Part shown: piece by piece, positions 36,568 through 49,901 of the stretch | Layout of the letters: every line of letters starts with the position of its first letter | How positions within the stretch are numbered: position 1 is the first letter of the stretch | Origin: Vitrella brassicaformis CCMP3155 | Taxonomy: Eukaryota; Protista; Chromerida | Assembly: GCA_001179505.1 (NCBI GenBank) | Contig: CDMY01000486.1 | Coordinates: 3,722-67,721 of the forward strand | DNA length: 64,000 nt | Direction: 5' to 3' | The notes under the pieces: generated by a model | Database searches by the model: none | Told to the model about the DNA's origin: nothing | The model's input: the letters and a program-made list of their open reading frames with translations, nothing else | Translations under genes and position numbers: made by a program

Positions 36568-39473
36568 CCACCGACCAATCGCCGCGAAACGTACGGCTGC
36601 ACACACAGACAGCTGGACACACAGACACAGAGACACAAGCGTGTTGGCCCTCTGCTGTCTTTGGCAGCTTGCTGATGCATTCCGGAGTCGCGGAGGTGTC
36701 GTACGATAGATAGCTGTACTGCAACTTTCAAGACGGACACACGAGGCGGGCGGCCGGGCGGCTGGGGGCGAGAGACAGAGAGGGAGGAGAATGAGTGTCT
36801 GAGAGTGATGAATGAGTGACGTGCGTGTGAAGGCGATCGACCCATCTAGGGAGAGAGGGGGGGAGGGCCATGGCATGGCCGGCCGCGGTTTCTTTTTTTG
36901 TCGGCCCACTGTCTGTCTGCCTGGCTGCGTACGTGTGTGTGTGCATGGTGACATGAGACATGACAGCCATCCATCCGCCCGCCCGTCATCAAGATCAAGG
37001 CACACACGTGATTTGAACGGCGCACACACACACACACCGCCCCTGCTTGATTCGTTAGTCGGTTTCAACACAACTGTATTATGTGTATGTGTGTGTGTAT
37101 CATGTGTGTAAACACCAACCAGATAGCTACAAACACAGGCAGCACGGCAGCAGGGAGGGAGGGGGACCGGGGGGACAGACAGACAGACAGGCAGCAAGAA
37201 GGCAAACAGGCAAGCAGGCCGACCCCACTGACTGACTGACTGGGTTGCCTTGTGTGTATCTGTGTCTGTATGTGTGTGTGCGTGTGGGTATGGTAGCGTA
37301 CCTGCATCGCATCGCATCGCATAAGCCGCGTTGCCTTTTCTTTTTGAATAAGACGACCATACGACCATACCCCTCCCTATATATTGCTCAGAGGCCGACT
37401 GACTGACTCACTCACCCATTCACCCAGCCAGCTACCCATCGCACACAAGACAAGACAAGCCACAGATTTTTTCCTTCTTCCCCCCCCTTGGCCCCCCAAC
37501 CCCCTTAGACACACCAGGCAGGCAGGCAGGCAGGTCCGATATAGTGAGCGAGCAACCAACCCACCGCCCCGTATATATTTGTGATGTGTGTGATGCATTC
37601 CTAGGTGTACGCAATAAGACCCTCCCTCCCTCCGTCGCATTGCTACTCTCTCTCTCTCCCTCCCTAGTCTAGCAATTTTGTCGCCTACCGAGCCGATAGA
37701 TACCACACCACTTCCCTGCCTGCCTCCTTGCCTGCCTTCCCATTCATTGTATCCCACTGGTCGGTCCACTTTTGTTGCTTCAAGTCATCGAGTGCGGTTG
37801 GCTCACTGCCTGCCTGTGGTGTGTGTGTGTGTGTGTGTGTGCCTGCTTTGATGTGGGGGTGGGGGGTGATGGATGAGTCATGCCATGGCTACATTGGGTC
37901 GTTTTCCGCTGCCTGCCTGCCTGCCTGCTTGCCTGCGTGTGTGTGTGGGTGGGTGCGTGACCTATATGTGTGCGCTGCGACGACCGATGCGAGGACAGAG
38001 AGAAGCCATGGCAGGCAGGCAGCCTGTCAGTCACCACTAGCAAATGCGCTAGTACTTTTGTTACGGCAACTAAGCGATCGTGGATGGGGCCATGAGGCGG
38101 GTCAGCTCAGCTCTCTCTATCGGCCGGCCTTTTCTCTCTGCTCTGTCTGAAGAGAGACGATTGACCCGACAGACCCCAACACACACACACACTGATAAGA
38201 CGAGCTAGCTGGGTTGCTGTATACTCATTCTTAAGAAAGAGACTGTGGTGTGGCGGCGTGGGTGCATCCTGTCTTACGTGTGCCTTGCCATCTTCATGTT
38301 TCGTTGCGCTACCGATGCGACGACGGAGCACCGAGACGGCCGGCGTGACGGGTGACGGGATGCGACACGCCCACACATCACTCTAAGGGCACGCACACAC
38401 ACTGTTCCCTCTCTCTCTTACCCACTCACTCGGTTGGCCTCTCTCTTACCGTGCATCCATCCCATCCGTCTATCCAATTCGCTGCCTGCCTGTCTGTCTG
38501 TCTGTCTGTGACAATGATGATGATGTGTGTTGTGTTGTGTGGGGTCGATAACTCAGCAAAGAGGTGAGCCATCGACTGACAGACAGACACCTAATTGAAC
38601 GAACCGAACCACTTGGATGGGATGGATGAGCGGCTGAAGCGCCAGGCAAGCACCCACTTACACACGTCATTACACAGCACTACATGGTCATTCTGAGCTT
38701 GTCTGGTGTGGTGCGGTGTTGGTGGTGGGGGTCAGTCATCACTTTTGTGTGCTGCCCGGCATTCATGACGTGTGTGTGGGTCTCGATTCTAATTGACTAC
38801 GTGGAGAATGGATTGCTCTGGGGTGCCTGCCGTGCCGTGCTGTGTGTGCGCGATGTCATTCATCATGTGTTTGTGAGGGGAGGTGACGGGGTCAATTTGA
38901 TGGATGTCTGGCGTGGTATGGTGTGGTGTGGTGGGCAGCTTCCCCCATGATGCGTCGGTTGGTTGGTTGAGACACTAAGAATGGATGGACGTCAGTCAGT
39001 CAAGTCACACAACACAGAACACACACATAACATGTAACTAACGTATTCTAACGCACAAATCTATCTGATAATCCGATAATCCAATCATGCCACCTGCAAA
39101 CCGCTGTACGTCAATCCGTATCTACACGTCTGTCTGTCTGTCTGTCTCTCTGTCTGCCTGCCGACACGAAAAAACACTCGATGTCATGTCAACAAACATC
39201 CCTGCACACAGCGAGCGAGCGAAGGGCATGGCATCCGGCAGGCCCCTCGCCAATCAATGCATAACCGATTCCCTCTCACGCCCCCTTCCCCAGCCCCGCC
39301 ATGTATGTCATTCCTTCTTGACGGGGCGCGTCATGGCCAGCAGCTGCTCCACGTCCATCAGATTGCCACGGGGGTCGTTGGCAGAACTGCAGTCATCACA
39401 TACACACATACGTCACCGCCACACACACACACACACATGGACACACATAACATGCAGTCGGCCAAAAGAGCTC

Positions 39474-40545
39474 TCACTGGTGTTGAGTTGACCTGGTGGC
39501 GGGTTTCTTGCCGGGAGGCTGCAGGCCGCCCAGCCCCTCGGGCGCCTCCCTCTTGACACCAGCCGTCGGGTTGGTCGATATCTCGATCTTGAAGCCCCCA
39601 ACACCACCACCCGGCCGTGACGCCATCATCCCTACCCCGCTCATCTCACCCTTCGGCCGCACCGCCATCACAGCCGCCCTCGGCCCGTCCTCCACCTCGT
39701 CAGGCTTGGGCACCGTCAGCCAGGGAATCGCCTTGGACGTCTTTTTCTGCCCCGAGGGATCCCCGGTGTCCTTGGATATCTTGAGGATGGAGGCGTCGGC
39801 GAGCGATGCCGCCTGGGTGATCTTGTTGGCGTCGCTGTCCGCCCCCTGCGGCTGTTTCTCCTTGACGGGAAGGGGGAAGTGGATCATCTGCATGTGCTGG
39901 ATGCGGTTCATGACGTCCATCAGGGTCGCCAGCTGACGGCGGGCGCGGGTCTCACGCTCTGTCGTCAAGGCACGCAATGCCACGCTGTCCTGCAGGAAGG
40001 AACGACACACGTGTGTGTGTGTGTGTGTGTGTGTATGTATCTTGTTCCCTCGACCACTCTCTCAGTCACTGACCCCAGCCTTGAGCTTCTCCATGCACTT
40101 TTCGCATAGGAAGTGTCCGTCGTCAGGGTGCCGCGGGAAGAGCTGCACCTTTAGGGAGGTGTACTTCTCACCACACCGGGGGCACACGAACTCGTCCATC
40201 GAAAAGGCGTCGGACACTGCCTGCATTGCAACCCATCCACACACACAGACACACACACACGCGCACCGCCGTGAAAAGACACATCCACGTATGTGTGTGT
40301 ATGTGTGTGTGTGTGTGTAGTGCGAAGGTCACACACGTGACCTTGTGTGGAGGTGGGGTGACTGACCTGTTTGAGGTTTCTGTCGAGTTCGTCCAGGCGC
40401 CACTTGACCGAGTGGACCACATTCGGGTGAATGCGCCAGTACGCCGGGGAGCCCTTGGCGCGCTCCCAGGGCTTCTCGCACTCGAGGATCATCTCCTGCT
40501 CAAGGTGAACCAACGCTTCACGCAGCTGACGACGCCCGAGACACA

Positions 40546-40581
<36 letters not shown>

Positions 40582-40918
40582 CAGGTCCACCATGTCTGTC
40601 TGCATCTCCCTCCCTCCTCCGCTCGTGTGTTACCTGTTTGTCGTAGAGATCCAGCCTGTCCTTGATCTCCTTCTCCAGCACCGCCCTCTCCTCTCGCGCC
40701 AGGAAGCTGCACACAACGAAGTGGATGTCGTCATAAAAGGTCGCCGTCACCAGCTTGATGAACCGCCGGAACAAGTCGCGGTTGAACGGGATGGCCCTGG
40801 ACGCTGTGCTAGAGGGGGAGCGAGAGGCAGAGGGCGCACCGGCCTTCTTGCTGCGGCCTGCCGCGCCTGCTGCTGCAGCAGCGGCGGAGGACGCGCCTGC
40901 CGGGGCGTCTTTCGGCAT
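39474..40918 (-). CDS. TFA1: General transcription factor TFIIE alpha subunit; 4 exons
   Basis: Winged-helix region FIKLVTATFYDD...LYDKQ|LREALVHLEQEMIL...YWRIHPNVVHSVKWRLDELDRNLK, then zinc ribbon FVCPRCGEKYTSL...HFLCEKC, and RARRQLATLMDVM (cf. QL.P...L). Confidence 0.88.
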
Positions 40919-41013
40919 CTCTGATCTGTGTGGTCAGCAGAAGATGCTGGCGGCAAGCAGTGACGGATTCCTCTGCGTTGGTGAGTGATTTGTGTTTCAT
41001 AGGGACAGAACAG

Positions 41014-44000
41014 ATGGCAGCTCGCTTTTTGCCGCTAGGGTGCTCCGTGAAACCGCTGCGAGTCTGCCCGGAAGGGGAGCCGTCGAAGCCCATGTCGAAG
41101 CTCTTGGCTTGACGCTCGCTCCTTCCACTGTCCTGCAGCGCTGACCGGCGTGGTCGAGCGGTTCGGGTGCAGCTGCAGCAGATCGAGATGGTGAAGCTGG
41201 CCTACGTGGAGATCGCCGCCGTGGGTCAGGGTGAGCCGAAGCAGCATGTGCTGGAGCTGCAGGCCGCCAACCTCAAGATGCCGTCCGTCGCCATCGGCTG
41301 CATCCCCATCCTCACCAAATACGCGCCGAAGCCCTTCAGCGACATGCCGTCTGCGGAGCACATCACCGTTTTCCCTGGGTGGGTGGCTCAGTCAGCGACA
41401 GACAGCGAGTGCATCTGGACAGACAGCACTCGATGGTGTCTGTGGTGACACACGATGGTGTGTGTGATGGGGTGATGTGAGGTGTGGTGGGGTGTGGTGT
41501 GTGTTGCGTGTGCAGGTATCATGACTGTCGCGACGACAACGTGCCGATCATCCTGACGCTGCGCAAGGGCGAGCACCGGACGGACGCCCGCAACACCATC
41601 GCAACCGTGTACAAGAATGTGTTCTTTGAGGACAAGGGCATCGGCAGTATACGGTCGGACGGCGCCAGAGTGACCTGCAGAGGTCAGTCAAGGGATAGAT
41701 AGAGCCATGGATGGGGGGATGGGGATGGATGGATGGATGGATGGATGGACAAAGGGAGGGAGGGAGGGAGGGAGGAGGGCTGGGCTGGGCTGGGCTGTGC
41801 ACTTATGTGTCTGTCGCTGTGTGGTTGTGTGTGTTCGTCTGGCTGTGTACTGCCTGCCAAACCAGGTCCTGTGTTGATCTTCTGGCGCAGCAAGCTGTCG
41901 GACCCCAACCAGACCGGCGGCAAGATGCAAATGCAGCTCAGGTGTGTACAGCGGGATCACACACGCACCCACTCACTCATCCACCCGCTCTTTGCTTTGT
42001 GTGTGTGGCCGTGCAGCAACTTCACGTTGGCTGACGTCAGGAAGACCATCGGCGAGAAGCGCTACGCCATCCTGCTGGAAGACCACCGGCGCCCCTCCCC
42101 CAGCATGCCCATCACCGCACCCGTGCCGAGGAACCCCTTCAGCCTTCAAGCCAGCCAGCCGCTCCCCGTCCCCGAGCCCGTGGCGCCCGCCGCACCCTCC
42201 TCTCGTTCCATCCGCCCGTCGACCTCATCATCCCTCCAGCCAGACGATGACGGACCCACCACCTGGACAGAGGAATGGGGCGACGGCAACAAGACACAGA
42301 CACAGACCCAGGCGCCCAGCACCACGTCGTATGACCATGATGAGCATCAGCGTGGGCGTGTGACGGAGGGGGAGCCATTCATCCCTCCCCGGCCGTCGTT
42401 CGCGCCGCCCTCGTTTCCGCCGGTCGTGCAGCAGGTGGCCGAGTACCACCACGAGCAGGAGGAGCTCTCGGCGCAGATCGAGGCACACAGTTTCTGCTCG
42501 GCCGCCTCCCTGTCGGGGCCTCCCAGTGGTGTGGGGGTTGTGTTGGATCATCACAGCTACGGCGAGCATGAGGACGAGAGTGACGGCGAGGAGGCCCTGG
42601 CTGCGTCACAACACTCACTGGGCGTGGGGGAGCAGAGCGGTGATGGGGTGGTGCGGGAGGAGAGGGCGGTATCCAGCCGCACACAGCCGTTCGGGCCATG
42701 CCTCTCACCTCTCGGCAGCGAGGCCTCCGTCCCACCGGCCGGCCCCTCCTCGCCACTGCCCTTCATGCCCATGCCGGCGCCAGTCGACCACATCCACACC
42801 CACACTCCCCCTCAACCTCAGCAGGGAGGCGCAGACGCTGCCGCCGCCGCTGCCGCTGCTGCCCCCGCAGCAGCTGCAGTGCCGTTTGCGTGCCTCTCCC
42901 CCCAACAGCAACAGCAGCCACAGCAGCCCCCGATGGTGATGATGGAGCCACCGAACATCATTCCGATGATGGACGGCATGCAGGAGCACATACAGGGGCA
43001 GCAGCAGGAGGGTCAGGGGGCCGGACAGGCATTCCCCCTGGTGCCGGCGACGAATGGCGTGGGCGTGGGTGTCGGCCAGGGTGTGGATGTGGGCATGGGT
43101 GTTGGTTTGGGGGCTGGTCCTGCCCCACCCTGTATGTCTGACAGCGAGGCGGTGGCGCTGCTGGACCAGCTGCAGGGTGCGATGCCGGCCGTGATGAGTG
43201 TGGGCCAGGCGGTGCGTGTGCTGGTCGACACTGAGCGAATGCAGATGGGGGGGCGGCTGGAGGAGATTCAGAGAGAACTGGAGGCTGCCAAGGCAAGGTC
43301 AGCAATGAGCAACACAAGCCAGAGAGGGAGGGAGGGAGGGAGTGTGCATGTGATGAGTGTGGTCGTGCTGTTTTGTTGTTCTGTTGTGTGTGTGAGTGCA
43401 GCGTCGCTGAGAAGGACACGACTGTCCTGTCTCTCTCGGCCATCATCAATCGGCAGGAGCAGACCATCCAGCAGCTGAGCACCCCCAAGCCCAAAGAAGA
43501 CCAGCACACCCAGACCGACACGGCCATCGCCCCTGCCCCTGCCCCTCCCCTCGGGCCCCTCCTCCCGCAGCCCACCCCACCGTCCCCACTCCCTCTTACC
43601 GTCTCCTACACACCCAAACACTTCTCGCCCTCCACTGCCCCAAAGGTGCCCTACACGCCCACGGCTCGCCAGCACTCGGCCGCCCACAGCACCATCACCA
43701 CCCCCACGATGATCGCCACGCCCAGCACTAAGCCCACCATGAGCTACGGGGCCCAGCACCAGCACAATCCCCTGCCCCAGCCGTGGGAACCACCTGGGTA
43801 CGTCCAGGCATTCGCGCGCTTCCCTGATCCTGGGTGGGATATGCGTGGGCCGTACTTTGGGAAGTTTGACGGCAACTTCCTCCATCTGGAGGTGGGGGAC
43901 GTCATCTGCCCCACACCACACCACACCATGGAGCCGCCGGCTGGCAGCATGCAGCAGGGCTGGGCGCTCGGACGCAACTCGCGCACACATCACGTACGTC

Positions 44001-44152
44001 AGCCACACACACACTCGTGGGCTCATGATGCAATCATGTGTGCACATGGATGTGATGTGTTGTGGCTGGTGTGTGCATGTCAGGTGGGGTGGTACCCCGA
44101 GTCGTATGTGAGGCCATACGGCGTCACGGCGAGGGGGCCGGGGGGCCGCTGA
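41014..44152 (+). CDS. Protein with N-terminal beta-rich (possibly C2-like) domain, disordered Pro/Gln middle, coiled coil and C-terminal SH3 domain
   Basis: Final exons give VQAFARF...NFLHLEVGDVI...GWALGRNSRTHH|VGWYPESYVRP*, an SH3 signature. Coiled coil: GRLEEIQRELEAAKA..EKDTTVLSLSAIINRQEQTI. Start (MAARFLPLG at 41014) is tentative. Confidence 0.75.
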
Positions 44153-45688
44153 GCGACTGACTGACTCACTGACTCATTGACTCACACACACAAGCCAAGA
44201 CGGGTGCTGGTGTGGTGTGGTGTGGTGTGGTGTGGGGGGCGGGGGCGGGTGTGGGGTGTTGTGGTGTGCTGTGGCGTGTACATCATGCCTCGATCGCAGA
44301 TCAGATCCCTCCGTATGTCTGTATGTGTGTATGTTGTGTGTGGTGGGTGGCCCGCCTCCCGCACCAGGCAGGTTGGGCGAGGCGAGCACTTTCTGGCGTG
44401 CCTGATGGATGGATGGCCTTGATTCTGGCTATGTACCTACCTGCTATATATAGATCAGATCTATAATTAATATGAGAGAGGGGAGAGAGTGAAGGAGAGT
44501 GGGGCCTCAGACACGTGGGCGGGGCCGGGGCGGGGTGGCTGCTGTAGATACGTGTGCGTGTGGTGCTGTCGGTCGGTCGGGTGTGTGGTGTGATAGGTCG
44601 GTCGTGGGTCGCTGATGTGTGAATGAATGCTGTGTGCATCATCCATGACACGTGGCCCTGCCACTACCTCCCTGTGGCCACTCCTCTCTCTCCCTCTCCC
44701 TCTCTCTCTCCTCCCTGTCTCTCTGTCTTGTCCTCCTTGTGTGTGTGCACATCCATCCATCCGTATGAGTATTTGTTGCTCTCTCTCTCGCTTCCCTTGC
44801 TGTCGTGTCGTCTCACTTACTGCGGCCGTCTGCTCGCCTCTGTGAGCGTCTCTCTCTATCCCGTCGGAGCGTGTCAATCCACTGACTGCCACTGGCGGAT
44901 GGAAAGTACGTCTTGACTTCTTGACTTCTGACTTAGTGGCTTACTGACCGACTCCCTCACATGGCAGTCAGAGATGTTAGCTTGGAAGGCTGGCAAGAGC
45001 AGAAAGGCTTCGGCTGCATTATCCTGAGCGTGTGTTGGCCCTGCTATTGCTGACTGATGCGTTTCGTCGCGTCTCTGCACCTGGGCGGCAGGGGTCTCAG
45101 TTGCTGCAGCAGGCTCACTCTGCTGCTGTCGGCAACTAGGATCCCTGCCGTGAAGGTGCGCAGACGCGCCGGATGCATTGTTGAATCTGACGGTGGGCGG
45201 GCAACAGAGATGAACACAAACAAAGAGAGGACCACGAAGGTGTCTGGTGTGTGGTGGATACTCCGACTTCCCATCTTGCTTCGCTGGTTTTGGTTCCCTC
45301 TGTCTGCATTGAGGAACCCTTGGCTGACGCTAGCGACAAGACTGGTCGGACTGTCTTGTCGCTCACGTGAGGCTGGGGCACTGAATGCACAGAGGAATGG
45401 ACACACGCCAGCAGCACGGGCATGGGGCATGGTTGCAGGTTAGGTTACTGGCTGGGTGCGCACAAACTGCATGCATACAGACGATATTTGATGCGTGTAC
45501 CTGTGTGCCGATGGCCAGTGCTTATCCGTGGCGCTGTGGATTTAATGTAAAGGGTGCAGACCATCACAGCGTTTCGCGCACACAGACGTGCAATGCGAGC
45601 TTCCAAGGCTCAGTTCTGGAGGTGGAGGAAGATCTGCGTAACAGTTCATCGATTCGGCCGCTTTCCTCGAGCTGCCGTCGTCGCCAGC

Positions 45689-46384
45689 ATGTCATCCGAG
45701 CCTGTAGAGCAGCCAGACTCCACCCAGCTGGGTCTGGTGTGTGAGGTCACCTCCAAAGCAGCAGTCGAACACGCCAAGTGGATAGAGAAGGGCGTACTCG
45801 GAGAGAACAAAGGATGTAAGCAAAGCAACCACACACGCAGACAGATCACACTCGCACAACACAGCGCCAGACTCATCGCTGCGTGGTGGATGCTGTGCGT
45901 GTCGGTGCAGGTTATAAGGATGACAAGACAGGCAAGGTGATGCACCTGCACGTCAAGGTCCACGGCTGCGACCTCTATATGGCCGACAACTTCGATGACG
46001 GCGAGGAGAAGGGCCTCTCCGGCTGCACGATGCACCTCAACGTGGCCAATGCCGACGAGTGGTACAACCGCGCCATCGAGCACGGCGCTAAGGTCACATA
46101 TGAGCTGCAGGTGACCGCAAGAAGATGCACACGAGGTGGCCTGATGTATGGATTCATATGTGTGTGGTCAGAACACTTTTTGGGGCGCGCGTTATGGTCG
46201 TGTGCTGGACCCTTTTGGCCTCACCTGGGCCTTCCACCAGGAGCTTCCCAAAGATCACCACGACGACAAAAGGCGCGAGGCTGACTGTCCCGTCGCCACT
46301 GCCACGGCTGAGGAGCATGTCGACAAGCGACGCAAGACACATGACGACACCACCGGCAGTGAGAAGGACGAGGCGCCGCAGTAG
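45689..46384 (+). CDS. VOC/glyoxalase-bleomycin resistance superfamily protein, PhnB/YjdN-like; 3 exons
   Basis: GKVMHLHVKVHGCDLYMAD...TMHLNVANADEWYNRAIEHGAKVTYELQ|NTFWGARYGRVLDPFGLTWAF matches the PhnB-like pattern (..FWG.RYG.V.DPFG..W). Confidence 0.9.
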
Positions 46385-46619
46385 GGTGAGTGAGTGTGGG
46401 GTCCATCGGCGTTCCGGTTGATTGACAGAATGACTGTCATTTGATGTGCGTAGAGACCCTTTTGTTAAGTCGGTCCGGTGGTGGATGGAATGTGGTGTGG
46501 TGTGAGCTGAGCCTGCTGTGTGTGTTTTCTACCTGGGGAGTCTTCAGCAGCGTGATGCCCTGCAAGTCGGCCGGGTGAGTGTCAGTGCTTTGCGTTGCGC
46601 GTTTGGGCATATATATGCA

Positions 46620-47506
46620 TTGGCTCAGACCTTTTTGATGAGCCGGTACGTGTTACAGATTTTTGAGACGAGCTTCTTTTTTTCTCAGGCAGTGGCACAG
46701 GCCAAACAAAGGGGCCGCGTGGTGTCACACACACACACACACACCACCAGAGCCATTGTGTACGCACGTCCAGACAGACTGTCTGACAGACAGACGCTGA
46801 GCACCCCTCAAGGTGACGTGTGGTGTGTAGGGCTCTACAGAAGCCCCCTCGCTGCTGACACTATCCACCTGTACACTCACAGCGCACGCACACATACACA
46901 CACATACAGACAGGCAGACAGACAGACAGAGAGATGTGTTCCTCCATGTGTGTCCCTGCGGGTGTGCACGTACCAGGAATCAACATTATCTCTTTCGATT
47001 TTGCATTTGCTCTTGAAGCATTTCTGTGGCGGATTGCAGTCTTTGTCACTCTTGCAGTCTGCGTCAGGGGCTGTGGTCGTTGTTTTCTTGGCCTCTGCAC
47101 ACACATACACAGGTGTGTGTGGCGTTTCCACATGTGCGCGGAGACATGAATGAGCAGTGCACTCCTCATCCATACACACCTACGTTCGTCGTGCAGCTGC
47201 ACAAATCGGGACGACACGATGGATTCCACCGATGTCCCTGAACGATTCAGCCAACGAGCCATGGTCAAGCACGCCTGATGACATGTGGGGTGCAGTGCAC
47301 TGCAGCAACTCATACACACCGCGGGATGCTCCCTGCTCCAAAGACACACGCGGCAGCGGGGCAGCAAGAGCTTCTGTGGCGACCTCAGGGGAAGCAGCCT
47401 GGCCGTGCTCGGACCTCAGGCGGTGGAGGTTTGGTGAGGTCGCCGCCGTCAGAGTGAAGAAGACTGTGACCGAGACGGCCAAATGGAATGTGGCCCGGGG
47501 AGACAT
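46620..47506 (-). CDS. Putative small secreted protein with Cys-rich module; 3' exons uncertain
   Basis: Signal-peptide-like MSPRATFHLAVSVTVFFTLTAA. Exon about 47097-46975 encodes TTTTAPDADCKSDKDCNPPQKCFKSKCKIERD (CxxDxDCx5Cx4C). Splice sites present but the full model is unresolved. Confidence 0.45.
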
Positions 47507-48438
47507 TGAATGTTACACAGGCAATAAGCCTCCAGATGGAGGATTTTGCGCTCGGGATTCGACAAACAAGCGTCCTGCTTCAAGCGAAGGTTGGGGTTGG
47601 GGGGATGGGCTGGGGCCCGTGGGAGAGATGGGGGGCGGCGGCTAAGCAGCCATACTCATGTACGTACGACGTACGCGCATGTCTCACAGGTTTCTCTCTC
47701 TCACAGCCAAACAAAGTGAGTCAATCACATCCGCACATTGTACGTACCGAAGCATGCACATCCATCCATCCATCCACACATCCGTACGTATCGATATCCC
47801 CCGCCTCATGCACTGCACTTATCCGTGGTTGGCTTACTCACTGCGAGCCGTGCTTCTCATGCCACTGGAAGGAATTAACACACACACACAAACGAGACAC
47901 ACCCGAACTATCGGTCTCATCACATCGCATGCACGTGCACTCCACTGCGTGCCAGGAGCACTTTCAAACAAAAACACCACGCCAGTCTGCTCTTGTCTGC
48001 TCTGCGAGTGCATCGCGATCCACACCCACACACCGTCAGTTAGAGAACACCCGATTCAGCTATTTCTGATCGTTGAGGGCAAAAACCAACCCAGGCAGGC
48101 AACTAGGCAAGACAAACACACACACCCATACACACCCATGACGAATGGCTGGCTGACATCACACCAACCATACGCAATTCAGGCAGGCACGCAAATCCCG
48201 CCAATGCGTTGATCACCCCCCAAGGATTCTGGGCAAAAAGGCTCGTCAATCCACTAAGTTGACACATGCGGATGGCCCACAACAACAAAGACACACAACA
48301 CACAACACACAACACGTTCCCCGCACATACAGGGATCCATCGATGCATGAATTAATCGGGAAATCCCCGATTGACAAGGAAAGGGAAAAAACACGGCTGC
48401 ATGACTAAGCCATAGCGGGCCTGTCTGACAGTGTCTGT

Positions 48439-49901
48439 CTAGCTGCTATTAAGGCTCCGGTTGGGCCTGATGCACGTCTCAGACTGGCAGAGGTTGTACT
48501 CGCAGACCGAACACCGATGGCGCTTGCTCGTGTACTTGTGGCACTCATTGCACTCTTTGCAGGCGTCCTTTGTTTAGACAGACACATAGCCAATGTACCA
48601 GCATGACCTTTGTTTAGACAGACTGAGCGATCGTTTGGCCAGTGTACCTTCAGGACGAGATGGTGGCCTTCGGGGCAAGTGCGGACGAAGCCCTGGGCGG
48701 CCTCACACCGGGTGCAGACGCCCACAAAGAGGGTGTTGGGGCAAGTGACGCAGTGGTAGACGGGCTCGCCGGACGCCACGACGGTACTGCAGCCGCCGCA
48801 CATGGTGCCCGCGGCGGCCTTGGTTAGCACCAGGGTGCTATCACACTGCGCACACACCCACCCCATCGCGGTCTGCTGGTAGTGCTTGTACGTCTTGCCC
48901 AGCTTCCACCTCATTTCGCCGCCTGGCTTGCAGGGCGCGGCGACCGCCTTGCCGTCGAGCAAGTGCTGGTTGCACACGGCGCACATGTCGGAGCACATGA
49001 TGACCATCTCGAGCATCACCGCCACACACCGGGCAAAGCCGATGGATTCCTTGCCAGCCGCCCACGCATCGAATTGCTCGTCCGTCAGCATATTGACATC
49101 TCGGACGAGGTGGTGGCGGCACAGACTGCCGTCCTCCAGATCGAATATGTCGAAGAGGTTCTTGGCTCTGCCAAACGCCAGGATCCACGCGGTCTGCAGG
49201 CCGGGCATTTCCAGCGGTGTTGCCTGTGTAGTGGTAGAGGCCGACCCTGCCGCTGCCGACCTCTCAGTCCACTCCACCAACGTCTGAACCGTCACCTTGT
49301 CCCAATCTGATGGAGCCAGCCAGCCAGCCAGCCAGACAGACAGGCAGACAGGCAGACAGACAGACAGACAGGGAGGACAAGCCGTCCATGTGTGTCGACT
49401 GACGTGTGTCTGCCTTTCTCCCTCACCGGCGAATTGGAAGCCCTTTTCGATAACGCTTTCAAGGACCCATCTCGCAAACGGCACCTCCTCTTGGTTTTGG
49501 AGCACCAATTGAGTCCCATAATGGACGGCATTGCCGCCGTGAGTGAGCAAGAAGTCGGTGACGGGGTTGAGGTCGCCGGCCAAGGCGTCCAGCCCACCGC
49601 CAGAGGCGTGCAGCATGGCAGCCTGGGCGCCCGTACTCGCTATCTGCGGCACCAGCCCGGGAGCCTCCTCTTCGACCGCTGCCGCTGCATTAGCCACGAA
49701 GTTCACCACTGGCTGAGGCGGGTCAATACCTGGGTCAATGTCTCCCAGAGCCGGCGCCATAAGAACCCGAACGACGTCGCTTGCTCTTGGAAGGTTGCCC
49801 GATGACACATCATTGACGATGTTGGCAGTGGAACGCAGAAGCTTGACGGCTACGTAGCCTTGCCACAGCCCTATGCCCACGGCGATGAAGGGCTCTGCCA
49901 T
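48439..49901 (-). CDS. Cys-rich, multi zinc-finger protein of unknown function; introns about 49320-49436 and 48568-48647
   Basis: After splicing: CAVCNQH...WVCAQCD...MCGGC...VYHCVTCP...VCTRCE...TCPEGHHLVLK|DACKECNECHKYTSKRHRCSVCEYNLCQSETC...SS* (TAG 48439-48441). Confidence 0.65.

Noticed and set aside
44449-44465. TATAGATC-A-GATCTATA palindrome downstream of the SH3 gene
   Set aside because: An 8-bp arm in an AT-rich 3' flank is expected by chance, and no second instance was seen.
45044-45443. Overlapping 128-aa ORFs on both strands upstream of the VOC gene
   Set aside because: No recognisable motifs, and the composition is not clearly coding.
48354-48372. AATCGGG-AAATC-CCCGATT hairpin
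   Set aside because: Too short, with no ncRNA or terminator context in a eukaryotic 3' flank.
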